From an uncultured bacterium (lineage in GTDB: Bacteria; SAR324; NAC60-12): 51,476 nt of DNA. The translations under genes were made by a program, and so were the position numbers. The stretch's first letter is position 1. Every line of letters starts with the position of its first letter. The stretch spans positions 1-51,476 of the forward strand of contig CAXGMD010000014.1 in the NCBI GenBank assembly GCA_964010765.1, written 5' to 3'. Positions 28,440 through 38,300 of the stretch are shown piece by piece. Under the pieces are notes generated by a model. It did not search any database and was not told where the DNA came from. It saw only the letters and a list, made by a program, of their open reading frames with translations.

Positions 28440-31088
28440 ATGACCACTCGAACGACTGGCCAGTCGGCATTTCCCATTGCATGGGTATGTCTTTGCTTAT
28501 TGATTGGTTTCCTATCAATAGCCCCAACACTCATCAGGGCACAACAAAACTCTGAAGCGGAAGGGAATCTACAGCATCAATCAAGGCTTCAGGAGTCTTT
28601 CCAGCAGACTCAAATGACGGAGGATGGCATCGCCAATCTGCTAAATGGCGAACTCAGTCAATCGCAGATGGACACTCAAAGACTGGCACAGCAGCTCAGT
28701 CTTTATCGATTGCAAGCCTCTACCCTGCGTAACCTTTTGTTAGTTAGTAGTACGACCATTGATGAGTTGAGCCAGGGAATCGCTCGACAACAGCAGGCTC
28801 TTCAAGAGCTTGGAACATCCGTCTCTCAGGGGAACCAGTCCATACAACCTCTGGAAGAACGCCAACTTCGTGCACAAGTTCGCCAAGAAGTCTATCAACA
28901 ACAGGTTAACGAGTTGAAAAACCTGCCTCAGGCCAGTATTCCCATCTCGCTTCAGACACTCGTCGACGAGATTAGTCTGACGCAACAAAACAACCGAAAA
29001 AATCTCGATCAACTACTTACGATCAAAAAAGAGGAGATTACTCGTCTACAAGCCGCTCGGGATGAGAACAAAGAATTACTGGAACAACTTCAGAGGCGCC
29101 TGGAGGAGCGCCGTCAAGAAATGCTCTTTGAAAAGCAGGAGATCTCTCTTGCCAAGCTTGGGCCGACTGAAATCGCTAGTGAACTAGAACGCTTCCTGCG
29201 ACTTGTGGGTCGCTGGAGCCAACCTGCAGAAATTCAATCTGGCATCCTGGGATTGTGGGAAAGCTATCGGTTCTTACTGGCCACCTTCCCATTCCTATTC
29301 GTGATTGGCCTGATCCTCTTGCGAAAAGCCAAGCACAACCTCCTAGACTGGCTCAAAGAAACGGATCTGCCCATCTGGCAAAACTGGACCTTACACTTAC
29401 TGTTACAGTCGCTGATGCCAATCGGTGCAATCAGTCTATTGTGGGCTTGTGAACAGAGCATGATCCTGGCAAACCTCAATCCATTGCTGGCGCTCTTTCG
29501 CAACATGCTGCTGCTATGGATTTTCGTGTTTTGGTGCCTACGAGCACTAGAGCGATTCGATGATGATAACTTTGTGCCGGTTCGTTTGGCAGCACATCGT
29601 CTCCTCCGCTGGGTTCGTAGTCTAGGTCTGAGCTATTTATTATTGCAACAGTTGCTGGGTAGCAACAGTGTGATGCTTCTTATTGGCAGATTAGTGCTTG
29701 GTATCGGAGTACTGGTTTTGAGCGTTGACCTAGGACGTCAACTGCGTCGTTGGGTGCAGCTTCAAGATCATTGGCCTGCTCTCAGGCAGACTGCCTTGAG
29801 CCTGGTTCTGGGGTCACTGCCAACACTAACTATTGGAGGTGGGCTACTTTTAGAGCTAGCGGGCTATTCTTACCTCAGTCTCTACTGGTCAGTTTCTCTG
29901 AGCAAGACTGGGATTGTCCTATTCTGGGGCTTCCTTTGCTGGAAATGTCTTCAAGAATGGGATGCCCGTTTGGATGCACAACCCCTCCAAACCGGTATAC
30001 TGGAAGTTGATGTTCAAACCCTGGGACAGCAGTCCACCAATTGGCTGATTGGAAGAATCGCTTGGCTGTTCGGAGCAGGATTGATTGGTCTAGGACTTCT
30101 GTTGGCCTGGGGCGCAGAGAAAGACGTGCTCTTGCACACTTGGGAGGCAATCCGTCAGCCATTGACGGTAGGTGGCCTAGAATTGAGCCTGATCGGCTTT
30201 GTCTACGTCTTTTTGATTTTGCTGATCACCCGAGTGTTTGTGCTCCTTTGGCGCTACCTTTTCAAGCAACGACTGATGGCACACAGCCATATCGAAGAGG
30301 GTACTCAAGAGTCTGTCACCACTATTGGAGCCTATGCCATCTGGGGGATTGGGCTGCTATTCGGCTTGGGAGCTTTGGGGGTGAACAGCGCATCTCTGGC
30401 GGTTGCCTTTGGAGCAGTGGGTATCGGCTTGGGTTTTGGCCTACAGAATATCTTCAATAACTTTGTCAGTGGGCTGATTCTGCTGTTCGAACGACCGATC
30501 CAGGTGGGAAACGTTGTTGAGATCAATGGAATCTGGGGAGTTGTCAAAAAAATCAACGTTCGCTCAACGTTGGTGCAGACTTATGATAATGCATCATTGA
30601 TTATACCAAACTCAGAGTTCATCAGTCAGACTGTCACAAATTGGTCCTACAAAGATCCACGAGTCCGTCGTACAATCAATATCGGGGTTGCCTATGGAAC
30701 TGAACCCGAATTGATTCGTAAAGAGATGTTGGCGATGGCCCAACAGCATCCAAAAGTCCTCGCTGTACCAGCTCCAGTCGTACATTTTGTAGATTTTGGG
30801 GACAGCGCTCTAATGTTTCGGCTATACTACCATACGACTTTGGATTTCGGGATGATTTCCGAGACCGAGATTCGGCTCCAGATCGATGAGCGGTTCCGAG
30901 AGTTAGGCATTGTCATTCCATTTCCTCAACAAGATGTACACTTCCATGTTGCAGAGTCGACAGAAACTTCACCTGAAGCAAAGCAGAGTTCAAATTCCGT
31001 CAAGCCATTAGTAGGAATCGGCGAAAGCAAGACGGATGACAGCAGAATGACCTTGCTACAGCAACTTTGGAAGGGTCGCCCAAAGTAA
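28440..31088 (+). CDS. Large MscS-family mechanosensitive channel with N-terminal coiled-coil (MscK-like)
   Basis: 'GIGLGFGLQNIFNNFVSGLILLFERPIQVG', 'IPNSEF', 'IPFPQQD'; start uncertain (28386 or 28440). Confidence 0.9.
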   Translation: MTTRTTGQSAFPIAWVCLCLLIGFLSIAPTLIRAQQNSEAEGNLQHQSRLQESFQQTQMTEDGIANLLNGELSQSQMDTQRLAQQLSLYRLQASTLRNLLLVSSTTIDELSQGIARQQQALQELGTSVSQGNQSIQPLEERQLRAQVRQEVYQQQVNELKNLPQASIPISLQTLVDEISLTQQNNRKNLDQLLTIKKEEITRLQAARDENKELLEQLQRRLEERRQEMLFEKQEISLAKLGPTEIASELERFLRLVGRWSQPAEIQSGILGLWESYRFLLATFPFLFVIGLILLRKAKHNLLDWLKETDLPIWQNWTLHLLLQSLMPIGAISLLWACEQSMILANLNPLLALFRNMLLLWIFVFWCLRALERFDDDNFVPVRLAAHRLLRWVRSLGLSYLLLQQLLGSNSVMLLIGRLVLGIGVLVLSVDLGRQLRRWVQLQDHWPALRQTALSLVLGSLPTLTIGGGLLLELAGYSYLSLYWSVSLSKTGIVLFWGFLCWKCLQEWDARLDAQPLQTGILEVDVQTLGQQSTNWLIGRIAWLFGAGLIGLGLLLAWGAEKDVLLHTWEAIRQPLTVGGLELSLIGFVYVFLILLITRVFVLLWRYLFKQRLMAHSHIEEGTQESVTTIGAYAIWGIGLLFGLGALGVNSASLAVAFGAVGIGLGFGLQNIFNNFVSGLILLFERPIQVGNVVEINGIWGVVKKINVRSTLVQTYDNASLIIPNSEFISQTVTNWSYKDPRVRRTINIGVAYGTEPELIRKEMLAMAQQHPKVLAVPAPVVHFVDFGDSALMFRLYYHTTLDFGMISETEIRLQIDERFRELGIVIPFPQQDVHFHVAESTETSPEAKQSSNSVKPLVGIGESKTDDSRMTLLQQLWKGRPK

Positions 31089-31099
31089 ATCAAGTCCCG

Positions 31100-31504
31100 A
31101 TGCTCTTCGTACAACCTGGCCTACTGCCAGAAGAAACTCAAAAAACTGAAGACAAGCAACAAGAAAAGCCCAGCCCCACGCGCTATGTTTGTGCTAACTG
31201 CCACACTCCAGTCAGTGATGCGAGTTGCCTGCTGGTGATTCAGGGAGACAGCCCCAATCACTACTTCGCGAATCCGGATGGACTACTCTTTGAGATTCTT
31301 ACTTTTAGTTGGTGTCAGAACCTACGAGATGGTTCCCCCTCAGTATGGAAGGACACTTGGTTTGCTGGTTATGCTTGGACGGTTCAGTATTGCTCAGGTT
31401 GTCAAATCCACATGGGGTGGCGCTACGATGGTTCAACAGAGCCGACAAGATTCTACGGAATTGTTCGAGAACGACTTATAGAAATTGAGGAGAAGCCGGA
31501 CTAG
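31100..31504 (+). CDS. Cereblon-like CULT domain protein
   Basis: CANC and CSGC Zn motifs, 'FANPDG', 'WFAGYAW', 'HMGWRY'. Confidence 0.85.
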   Translation: MLFVQPGLLPEETQKTEDKQQEKPSPTRYVCANCHTPVSDASCLLVIQGDSPNHYFANPDGLLFEILTFSWCQNLRDGSPSVWKDTWFAGYAWTVQYCSGCQIHMGWRYDGSTEPTRFYGIVRERLIEIEEKPD

Positions 31505-32739
31505 CGGATCAATTCACGAAGATATTCCTGCTGACGTGGGGTGGGTGATGCTTCCTGTTGGTTAGCTGATTGAACGGCCTGACGGTACTCTGGGGAGGCT
31601 TGAAATTCATAGTCGAACTTGAGTGGCTTGATGCCTTTCTCACTCCAGTACTGTCCTTCCTGCTGACCTTGAGAGCGGTTTGCCATTCGTTGTCCAGAAC
31701 GCGCCAGTTGTTGCATCTGTCCTTGCATCTGTTGCATCTGTCCTTGCATTTGCTGCAAATATTGTTCGGTCTGTTGCACGAGAGGCATCGCTATTCCGGG
31801 TCCGCTTCCAGAACCAAAACCAGACCCCTGTCCCTGTCCTTTTCCAGGTTGCTGACCAGACCCCTCTCCGGATTGCTGACTAGGCTGGTTTCCGGGCAGA
31901 TTACCTCCTAACATTTGAGAGGCTTCTTCGGAAGATTGTTGTGCATTTGCAAGCATCTGGGCCAATTCGTCCATTGAGAGTTGACCATTCGCCATTTTCT
32001 CCAGCATTTTCTGCATTTGCTCAATCATCTCAGAAATCTGTTGCTGTTGCTGCTGTAAGTCCTGCGGGGTAGGATCTTGACCCATCTGGGAGCTTTGTTG
32101 TTGGCGCATCATCTCCTCCAATTGCTCCCTCAACTTGGACTCCTGACGCAGGGCTTCAGCTAGTTGTTGTTGTAGTTGATTGAACTGTTCCATCATTTCA
32201 GAATATTTCTCATCATAGTACTGAGAGGTACTCTGCTGAAGCTGTTGCTGTTGCTGCTGAAATGCTGAGAGCATCTGGTTGAGTAGTTCTTGCGCTTCTG
32301 CTCGCTTGTTTTCTTGGAGGAGTTGGCGCACTTGTTCCATCAACGACGAGAGTTCCATTTCCTCAGTTGGCTGATTGGACTGTTCCGGAGGGCTGGGAAG
32401 GAATTCTGCCATAGCCTGCTGCTGCTCCAAGAGTTCGGCTAGGCGTTGTTCAAACTCTTCCAGCATTTCCATCACTTCTGACAAGGACTCTGGATTTTCG
32501 TCCAACTGCGCGAGCCACTGTTCAAGTTGCTGAAAATCTGCAAAAATATCATCTGCTTGATTCAATTTGTCTGCAAATTCCTGTTGTTCCAGCAGTTCCT
32601 TGAGACGATAGCGCATTTGCCGCATTGTATTGTATTCTTCCCTCAGCAGCACCAACTGTGCTTCACTTGGGGCTGATTCCGAGACCGCAAAACTAGGAAT
32701 CAAGGCGAAGGGCAGCATCAACAGGAGACGGAATTTCAT
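31501..32739 (-). CDS. Exported Gln/Glu/Met-rich coiled-coil protein (DUF4175-like tail)
   Basis: Signal peptide, long QEM-rich helices, Gly/Gln linker, C-terminal 'EYLRELIR'. Confidence 0.7.
   Translation of the reverse strand: MKFRLLLMLPFALIPSFAVSESAPSEAQLVLLREEYNTMRQMRYRLKELLEQQEFADKLNQADDIFADFQQLEQWLAQLDENPESLSEVMEMLEEFEQRLAELLEQQQAMAEFLPSPPEQSNQPTEEMELSSLMEQVRQLLQENKRAEAQELLNQMLSAFQQQQQQLQQSTSQYYDEKYSEMMEQFNQLQQQLAEALRQESKLREQLEEMMRQQQSSQMGQDPTPQDLQQQQQQISEMIEQMQKMLEKMANGQLSMDELAQMLANAQQSSEEASQMLGGNLPGNQPSQQSGEGSGQQPGKGQGQGSGFGSGSGPGIAMPLVQQTEQYLQQMQGQMQQMQGQMQQLARSGQRMANRSQGQQEGQYWSEKGIKPLKFDYEFQASPEYRQAVQSANQQEASPTPRQQEYLRELIR
31709..31750. repeat. 21-bp tandem duplication inside the Gln-rich gene
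   Basis: TGTTGCATCTGTCCTTGCATC followed by TGTTGCATCTGTCCTTGCATT, encoding QMQGQMQ twice. Confidence 0.85.
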
Positions 32740-32993
32740 GAAGGCTCCAAATTTAGGTTGCACAGAAGCTATCAATTTTGGCAGAAATAATTGGCGAATA
32801 ACAATGAATCTTCCTTGAAATTCTGCAAATTAGCGAAAATTCGATGATCGATATGCTCGCATTCAAAACCTGTCTCGTCGTTCAAAACCAATTTTGAAGC
32901 AGGGAATCATGTGGTGGTCTCCTCAGAAAAGCTCTCGTGCGTGGCAGAGTAGTCGGGCATTGTATGAACTTTCTAATTCCATGAACGCAAACC

Positions 32994-33572
32994 ATGTATT
33001 CAACTAACTTCTCCCAATTTGGAAGCAAGCTTTTCGGTGCAACCGCCAAAAAACTTCAGTTATTGAGGGCAAGTCGCTATTGGCCTGACAGCCCCGCTAA
33101 GCTCTGGGGCAGCTTTGGGGGAGCTTTTCTGCTGCTGCTGGTCATCATGCCTTTTCGCGATTTCCTGAGTTTACTGGTTGTCGTTGGGGCGCTTGCCGGT
33201 GCCTTAACTCTTTGGAAACCCTGGGAGCATACTTTCTTGAATTCACATAACCATCCTGACTCCAAAGTGGTTGACCTTAATTCATATCGGCAGCGCAAAC
33301 AACAAGCGGAAGAGTCTCCAAACGTTGTTCCTGGCCTTCAGTTGGTTCTGGAAACTAATTTTTTACCCCAAGCAGATCTAGTGAAAGCTCTCTTGGAAGA
33401 GCATGGCATCCCAGTGAACCTACTTAACAGACACAATGCCAGTATTCTAGTGCATCCCCTGGGAAGTCAAACTGTCAAAGTGATGGTTCCTGCATCAGAG
33501 CACACCCGTGCCATTCGCCTTCTTGAGCAAAACGCTCCTCATTCGCCCGACAAGGGGCCAAATATCGCCTGA
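32994..33572 (+). CDS. Membrane protein with C-terminal DUF2007-like (putative signal-transducing) domain
   Basis: Two TM segments, then 'QADLVKALLEEHGIP...VKVMVP...AIRLL'. Confidence 0.7.
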   Translation: MYSTNFSQFGSKLFGATAKKLQLLRASRYWPDSPAKLWGSFGGAFLLLLVIMPFRDFLSLLVVVGALAGALTLWKPWEHTFLNSHNHPDSKVVDLNSYRQRKQQAEESPNVVPGLQLVLETNFLPQADLVKALLEEHGIPVNLLNRHNASILVHPLGSQTVKVMVPASEHTRAIRLLEQNAPHSPDKGPNIA

Positions 33573-33589
33573 TCCCAAAAATCCTCTTC

Positions 33590-35605
33590 ATGGAACCTGA
33601 TCGTCTCATTCACCATTATTGCGCCTATCACCGAGACAGCCGACTAGAATTTGGTTGGGTTCGAGCACTTCAGAAAAACAGACTGGTAGTGCAACCTGTT
33701 TTGGGTCGCGAACAATTTCTGCCAACAAACCGAGTTCTTTGGTCCCAACCCAGTCAGCAGATAGCCGAGGGCGGAGCCCTTCAGCAACTCACCCGTGTCT
33801 TGGAGGAAGCAGAAGGTCTGGCTACACAAATTGATCTGCCTACTATTCATGCCTTGGTGGAACCTGGCGCTGAGCTGACTCTAGATGCGATCGCTCAAGA
33901 TTTTCTGGAGGAACCAGCAGCGCTGGCACATCAAGTTGCTCTGTTGCTGGCGTTGCAGAATACGGAAGACTGGTTTCGCCGCAACCGTCAGAACACCTAC
34001 ACACCACTGACTGAGGAAGAGCAGCAACAACTTCATCAAAGACGAGAACGTGAGCTGGCCCGTCAGCAACGAGAAGCAAATGTTCGTAACTGGATTGAAG
34101 AGTTGGAATTGGGTAAATGGCCAAGTCCTGAAGCACAAACTCAGGATCAACAAGATTGGCTGGAACAGTTGAGATCCCTACTGTTCTTCGGCAGGGATTC
34201 AGGATATTGGAAGGAGTTGGCCCCTTGGATCGGTTTAGGTGCCAGCCACGAGCAAGCCGATGAACAACAACTTCGTCGCTTGCTCCAGAAAGCGGGACAA
34301 CCGGTTCGTTGGGGGGAACTGCAACTACGCAAGGCTCAGGTCGCTTTGGATTTTCCAGAGGAATCGCTGCAGGCAGCTGAAACCCTGCAAAAACGAGCCC
34401 AGGTCAATTACTCAAGCCTACCGGGAGAACGCCCTGTTTTCACTGTCGATGCTGCCAAAACTAAGGATTATGATGATGCGATCTCAGTAAAAAGCTGGAC
34501 AGAACGCAGCATCGAACTCAGTGTTCACATAGCTGATCTCACCCAGCATATTGATCCGGAAGACTCCCTGTTTTCACTGGCAGAACAAAGGATCTCCTCG
34601 GTCTATACCGTTGAGGATACTTACCCGATGTTTCCGGAGGTCCTGGCCAATGATTATTTTTCTCTTCGAGCTGGCACTCCCAAAACGGTGATGAGCTTTC
34701 ATTTGCAGCTGTTTCTGGATGGCACTTGCCTGCTTCATGGCATCGAGCATGAGCAAATCGTTGTACAACAGAATTTAACTTATGAGGAAGTTGACTCGTT
34801 TGTCGTGCAGCAGGATTCTTTCTGGGGAATGCTGTTCAACTGTTGCGATGCTCAACGCAAGCTGCGGCTCGCAAATGGAGCCTTAGACATAGAGCGTAAG
34901 GAGTTTGAGTTAGACATTACAGACCCAGAAAATATTCGTGTGCTTGAACGAGATAGGGAGAGTCCAGCGAACAGTCTCGTGCAGGAATTGGCGATTCTTG
35001 TCAATCAACTAGCTGGAGAGCAGCTTGAACGAGCTCACCTACCCGGTATCTTTCGTACTCAGGCCCCTTACGAGATCACTCAGGAGCCTGTAGAAGGCGA
35101 AAAACTGACAATGGACCATGTTAACATCGAAGGGGCCCGTCTAGCAGTCAATCCAGGTGCTCACTCGGGGCTGGGCTGTCCGGTATACATGCAGGTTACC
35201 TCCCCAATTCGGCGCTTTGTGGATCTCCTCTGTCAATGGCAACTCCGACACGCCCTGCAGCATCAGCAAGCACTTTTTAGCGAGCAGCAGCTGATGGGTT
35301 GGGCGTCTGAAATTGAGTTGCGCCAGCGTTCCTATGCTCGAACCGAACGAGAAATTGAGCGTTACTGGAAATTGCGCTATGTAGGACAGCATCTGGGGCA
35401 AGTTTTTGCGGCACGTGTCCGCAGAGAGTTGAATCAGCGGGTCGAAATCGAGTTGGAAGATCTAGGCCTGGCCTGTCAGCTACCGGGTTCTCGTCCCAAG
35501 GGCACCCAACTTGGAATTGAGGTCATGCAGGTTGATCCGGAAGGTGGAAATCTATTCGGAGAATTTCGAGACCATCCGGAAGAAGCAAATTCAGGAGAAC
35601 AATGA
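33590..35605 (+). CDS. RNB-domain exoribonuclease (RNase II/R family)
   Basis: 'TVDAAKTKDYDDAIS', 'VHIAD', 'SVY...YPMFP', 'HSGLG...Y.QVTSPIRRFVDL'. Confidence 0.9.
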   Translation: MEPDRLIHHYCAYHRDSRLEFGWVRALQKNRLVVQPVLGREQFLPTNRVLWSQPSQQIAEGGALQQLTRVLEEAEGLATQIDLPTIHALVEPGAELTLDAIAQDFLEEPAALAHQVALLLALQNTEDWFRRNRQNTYTPLTEEEQQQLHQRRERELARQQREANVRNWIEELELGKWPSPEAQTQDQQDWLEQLRSLLFFGRDSGYWKELAPWIGLGASHEQADEQQLRRLLQKAGQPVRWGELQLRKAQVALDFPEESLQAAETLQKRAQVNYSSLPGERPVFTVDAAKTKDYDDAISVKSWTERSIELSVHIADLTQHIDPEDSLFSLAEQRISSVYTVEDTYPMFPEVLANDYFSLRAGTPKTVMSFHLQLFLDGTCLLHGIEHEQIVVQQNLTYEEVDSFVVQQDSFWGMLFNCCDAQRKLRLANGALDIERKEFELDITDPENIRVLERDRESPANSLVQELAILVNQLAGEQLERAHLPGIFRTQAPYEITQEPVEGEKLTMDHVNIEGARLAVNPGAHSGLGCPVYMQVTSPIRRFVDLLCQWQLRHALQHQQALFSEQQLMGWASEIELRQRSYARTEREIERYWKLRYVGQHLGQVFAARVRRELNQRVEIELEDLGLACQLPGSRPKGTQLGIEVMQVDPEGGNLFGEFRDHPEEANSGEQ

Positions 35606-36426
35606 AACAAATCTTGATTCCAAAACTGCTACGTCGTAAGGGACAGGAGAAGCTCACTTGCCTCACTGGCTATGATGCTTTTCACGCCATAATGCTGGAA
35701 GAATCCCCAGTCGACATGATCCTCGTTGGAGATACACTGGGATTGATGGTACAGGGGCACGATTCAACGTTACCTGTGACCTTGGAAGAGATCATCTACC
35801 ACGCTAGGATCGTGACACGTTGTGCACCAACCAAACTGGTGATTGCAGATATGCCTTTTGGTAGTCTGCAAGCGGATGTAGCCCTCAATGTGGAGCAGTC
35901 CATTCGGGTCTTTAAGGACAGTGGAGCCGGTGCTCTCAAGATGGAAGGAGCCACTTCCGAGATTCTGACTACTATTCGACACCTGACGCCGATGGGCGTT
36001 CCTGTCTGTGGACACATTGGCTTTCAGCCCCAGTCCGTCCACTTAAGTGGCTATAAGATTGACGGTAAAACCTTGCCCGAGCAGCAGCGACTTCTAGAGG
36101 AAGCGCAACGTCTACAAGACGCTGGTTGCTTTGCGATTGTTTTGGAGTGCGTAGTGGATGAGGTCGCTGAGCAAATTACTCGATCTGTGGACATGTTGAC
36201 AATTGGAATTGGTTCAGGTCCAGGAGTTGATGCTCAAGTGCTGGTGCTGCACGATTTGCTCGGAATGACCAACGGTAGGATGCCCTCTTTTGTTCGTCAG
36301 TACGCCCAACTTCGACAGATTGCCTTGGCGGCAGTGAAAGAATGGGTTGATGACGTCCGCAGTCTGGATTATCCAAGTCAGGGCGAATTCTATCAGAACC
36401 CAAACAAGCAGAGCAAAAGTTCCTAA
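35602..36426 (+). CDS. panB: 3-methyl-2-oxobutanoate hydroxymethyltransferase
   Basis: 'LTGYD', 'LVGDTLG', 'ADMPF', 'KMEG', 'GHIG..PQ', 'IGIGSG'. Confidence 0.95.
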   Translation: MKQILIPKLLRRKGQEKLTCLTGYDAFHAIMLEESPVDMILVGDTLGLMVQGHDSTLPVTLEEIIYHARIVTRCAPTKLVIADMPFGSLQADVALNVEQSIRVFKDSGAGALKMEGATSEILTTIRHLTPMGVPVCGHIGFQPQSVHLSGYKIDGKTLPEQQRLLEEAQRLQDAGCFAIVLECVVDEVAEQITRSVDMLTIGIGSGPGVDAQVLVLHDLLGMTNGRMPSFVRQYAQLRQIALAAVKEWVDDVRSLDYPSQGEFYQNPNKQSKSS

Positions 36427-36445
36427 GAAATGCCTGAAAAGGAAC

Positions 36446-36587
36446 TTGCAAAAACGGTTAATTTTCCTTAAAAAATAAGGTTTTATTTTTCATTCCACCC
36501 TTTGTCGGGGTGAATTTTGATCCTCTTTCCCTGACCTGAATCAGGCAGGTATTGGCACAACAAGCCATCATCAATCACGGAGACATC
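36446..36587 (+). promoter_or_regulatory. Putative rpsB promoter and structured 5' leader
   Basis: TTGCAA-N17-TAAAAA; hairpins CACCC/GGGTG (36496-36512) and CCTGACCTG/CAGGCAGG (36530-36549). Confidence 0.4.
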
Positions 36588-37412
36588 ATGGCTGTCATCT
36601 CAATGCGGCAATTTCTAGAAGCCGGCGTTCACTTCGGACACCAGACCAAGCGCTGGAACCCCAACATGGCTCCCTACATCTATGGAGTCAAGAGTGGCAT
36701 TCATATTATCGATCTGCGCCAAAGCCTCAAGCAACTCAAAGTGGCCTACGAGTATGCCAAAACCACGGCTTCAGAGGGTCGAAACTTCCTCTTCGTTGGT
36801 ACCAAGCCCCAGATTCAAAACATCATTCAAGAAGAAGCCGACCGCTGCGGAGCAAATTATATCAACTTCCGCTGGCTCGGTGGGATGCTGACCAACTTCT
36901 CTACCGTCAAACAGTCGATTAGCCGATTGAAGGAATTTGAAGAGTTGGCAGGAGAAGACGACACTTACGAAGGCATCATCAAAAAAGAAGCACTCCGTAT
37001 CCAACGTAAGCGCGAGAAACTGGATCAGTCTCTGGGTGGTGTGAAGACCATGCGTGGACTTCCTGATCTAATCTTCGTTGTAGATTGTCGCAGAGAGCAT
37101 CTGGCAATTCGGGAGGCCAACAAACTCGGGATTCCCATCATCGCAATCGCCGATACCAACAGTGATCCAAAAGATGTCACTGTTCCGATTCCGGGCAATG
37201 ATGACTCTCCTAGAGCTGTACGACTCTTCGCCAGTGTCATTGCGACTGGAATATTAGAAGGACGGGCAAGTCGCGCGAGCATTTCTACCGCTGACAGTGG
37301 AACCCCGGCTGAGATTAGCCAGTCTGCCCCGGCTGCAGCAGACAGTGAGCCTGAAATGAAAAGTGACTCTGCAGACAACGAAGTGACCGACACCCCTGCC
37401 ACCCCTGAATAA
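36588..37412 (+). CDS. rpsB: 30S ribosomal protein S2
   Basis: 'LEAGVHFGHQTKRWNP', 'RWLGGMLTN', 'IPGNDD'; ATG after GGAG. Confidence 0.98.
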   Translation: MAVISMRQFLEAGVHFGHQTKRWNPNMAPYIYGVKSGIHIIDLRQSLKQLKVAYEYAKTTASEGRNFLFVGTKPQIQNIIQEEADRCGANYINFRWLGGMLTNFSTVKQSISRLKEFEELAGEDDTYEGIIKKEALRIQRKREKLDQSLGGVKTMRGLPDLIFVVDCRREHLAIREANKLGIPIIAIADTNSDPKDVTVPIPGNDDSPRAVRLFASVIATGILEGRASRASISTADSGTPAEISQSAPAAADSEPEMKSDSADNEVTDTPATPE

Positions 37413-37439
37413 ACGAATCAGCGAAGGAGAAAAAGAATC

Positions 37440-38294
37440 ATGGCTGAGATCACTGCTGCCGCCGTCAAGGAACTGCGAGAACTGACTGGCGTGCCAATGA
37501 TGGATTGCAAAAAAGCTCTCGTTGAAACCAACGGAGACATGGAAGCTGCCAAAGATTTTCTGCGTAAGCGCGGGCAAGCCAAGGCGATCAAGAAATCCTC
37601 GAGAGAAACCAATGACGGTGCCATCGCAGCTTACGTCAGTGACGATCTAAGAACCGCGAGTCTCGTCAAGCTATCCTGTGAAACAGACTTTGTTGCCAAG
37701 AACGAACGTTTCCAAAATCTACTGCAAACCATCTGTAGTCAGGTGGCAACTCAAGGAGATGTAGAGGTCCCAGGTCAAACCTTAGTTGACGGATCCGGAA
37801 CCATTCAGGACCTGCTGACCCAAAGTGTCGCTGAGCTCGGGGAAAATATCCAGTTTGCGGAAGCGAAGCGCTTCGAACTAGACGAAGGCGTGATCGGCTC
37901 CTACATTCACATGACTGGAAAAATCGGAGTGCTTGTCCCAATCGCAACCAGCGTTGCAGCAGATAAAGACCAGCTGACATCTTTGGCCAGAGATATCGCA
38001 ATGCACATTGCTGCAACTCCTGCAGAAGCGGTTCTTCCGGAGCAAGTAGACCAATCTGTGCTGGACAAGGAAAAGGAAGTCTTCGTGGCACAAGCTCGTG
38101 AATCTGGTAAGCCAGACAACATCATTGAGAAAATGGTCAGCGGTCGGATTCAGAAGTTCCTGAAAGAGATCTGCGTTAGTTCCCAACCCTTCGTCAAAGA
38201 TCCTCAGCGAACTGTTCAGCAGTTGGTAGATGACAAAGCCAAGGAACTGGGAGTGGAACTTCGTTTCGACAGCTTTGCCAAATTCAACTTCTGA
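37440..38294 (+). CDS. tsf: Elongation factor Ts
   Basis: 'VKELRELTG..MMDCKKAL', 'CETDFVAKN', 'MHIAA', 'GKPDNIIEK'. Confidence 0.98.
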   Translation: MAEITAAAVKELRELTGVPMMDCKKALVETNGDMEAAKDFLRKRGQAKAIKKSSRETNDGAIAAYVSDDLRTASLVKLSCETDFVAKNERFQNLLQTICSQVATQGDVEVPGQTLVDGSGTIQDLLTQSVAELGENIQFAEAKRFELDEGVIGSYIHMTGKIGVLVPIATSVAADKDQLTSLARDIAMHIAATPAEAVLPEQVDQSVLDKEKEVFVAQARESGKPDNIIEKMVSGRIQKFLKEICVSSQPFVKDPQRTVQQLVDDKAKELGVELRFDSFAKFNF

Positions 38295-38300
38295 GGACGT

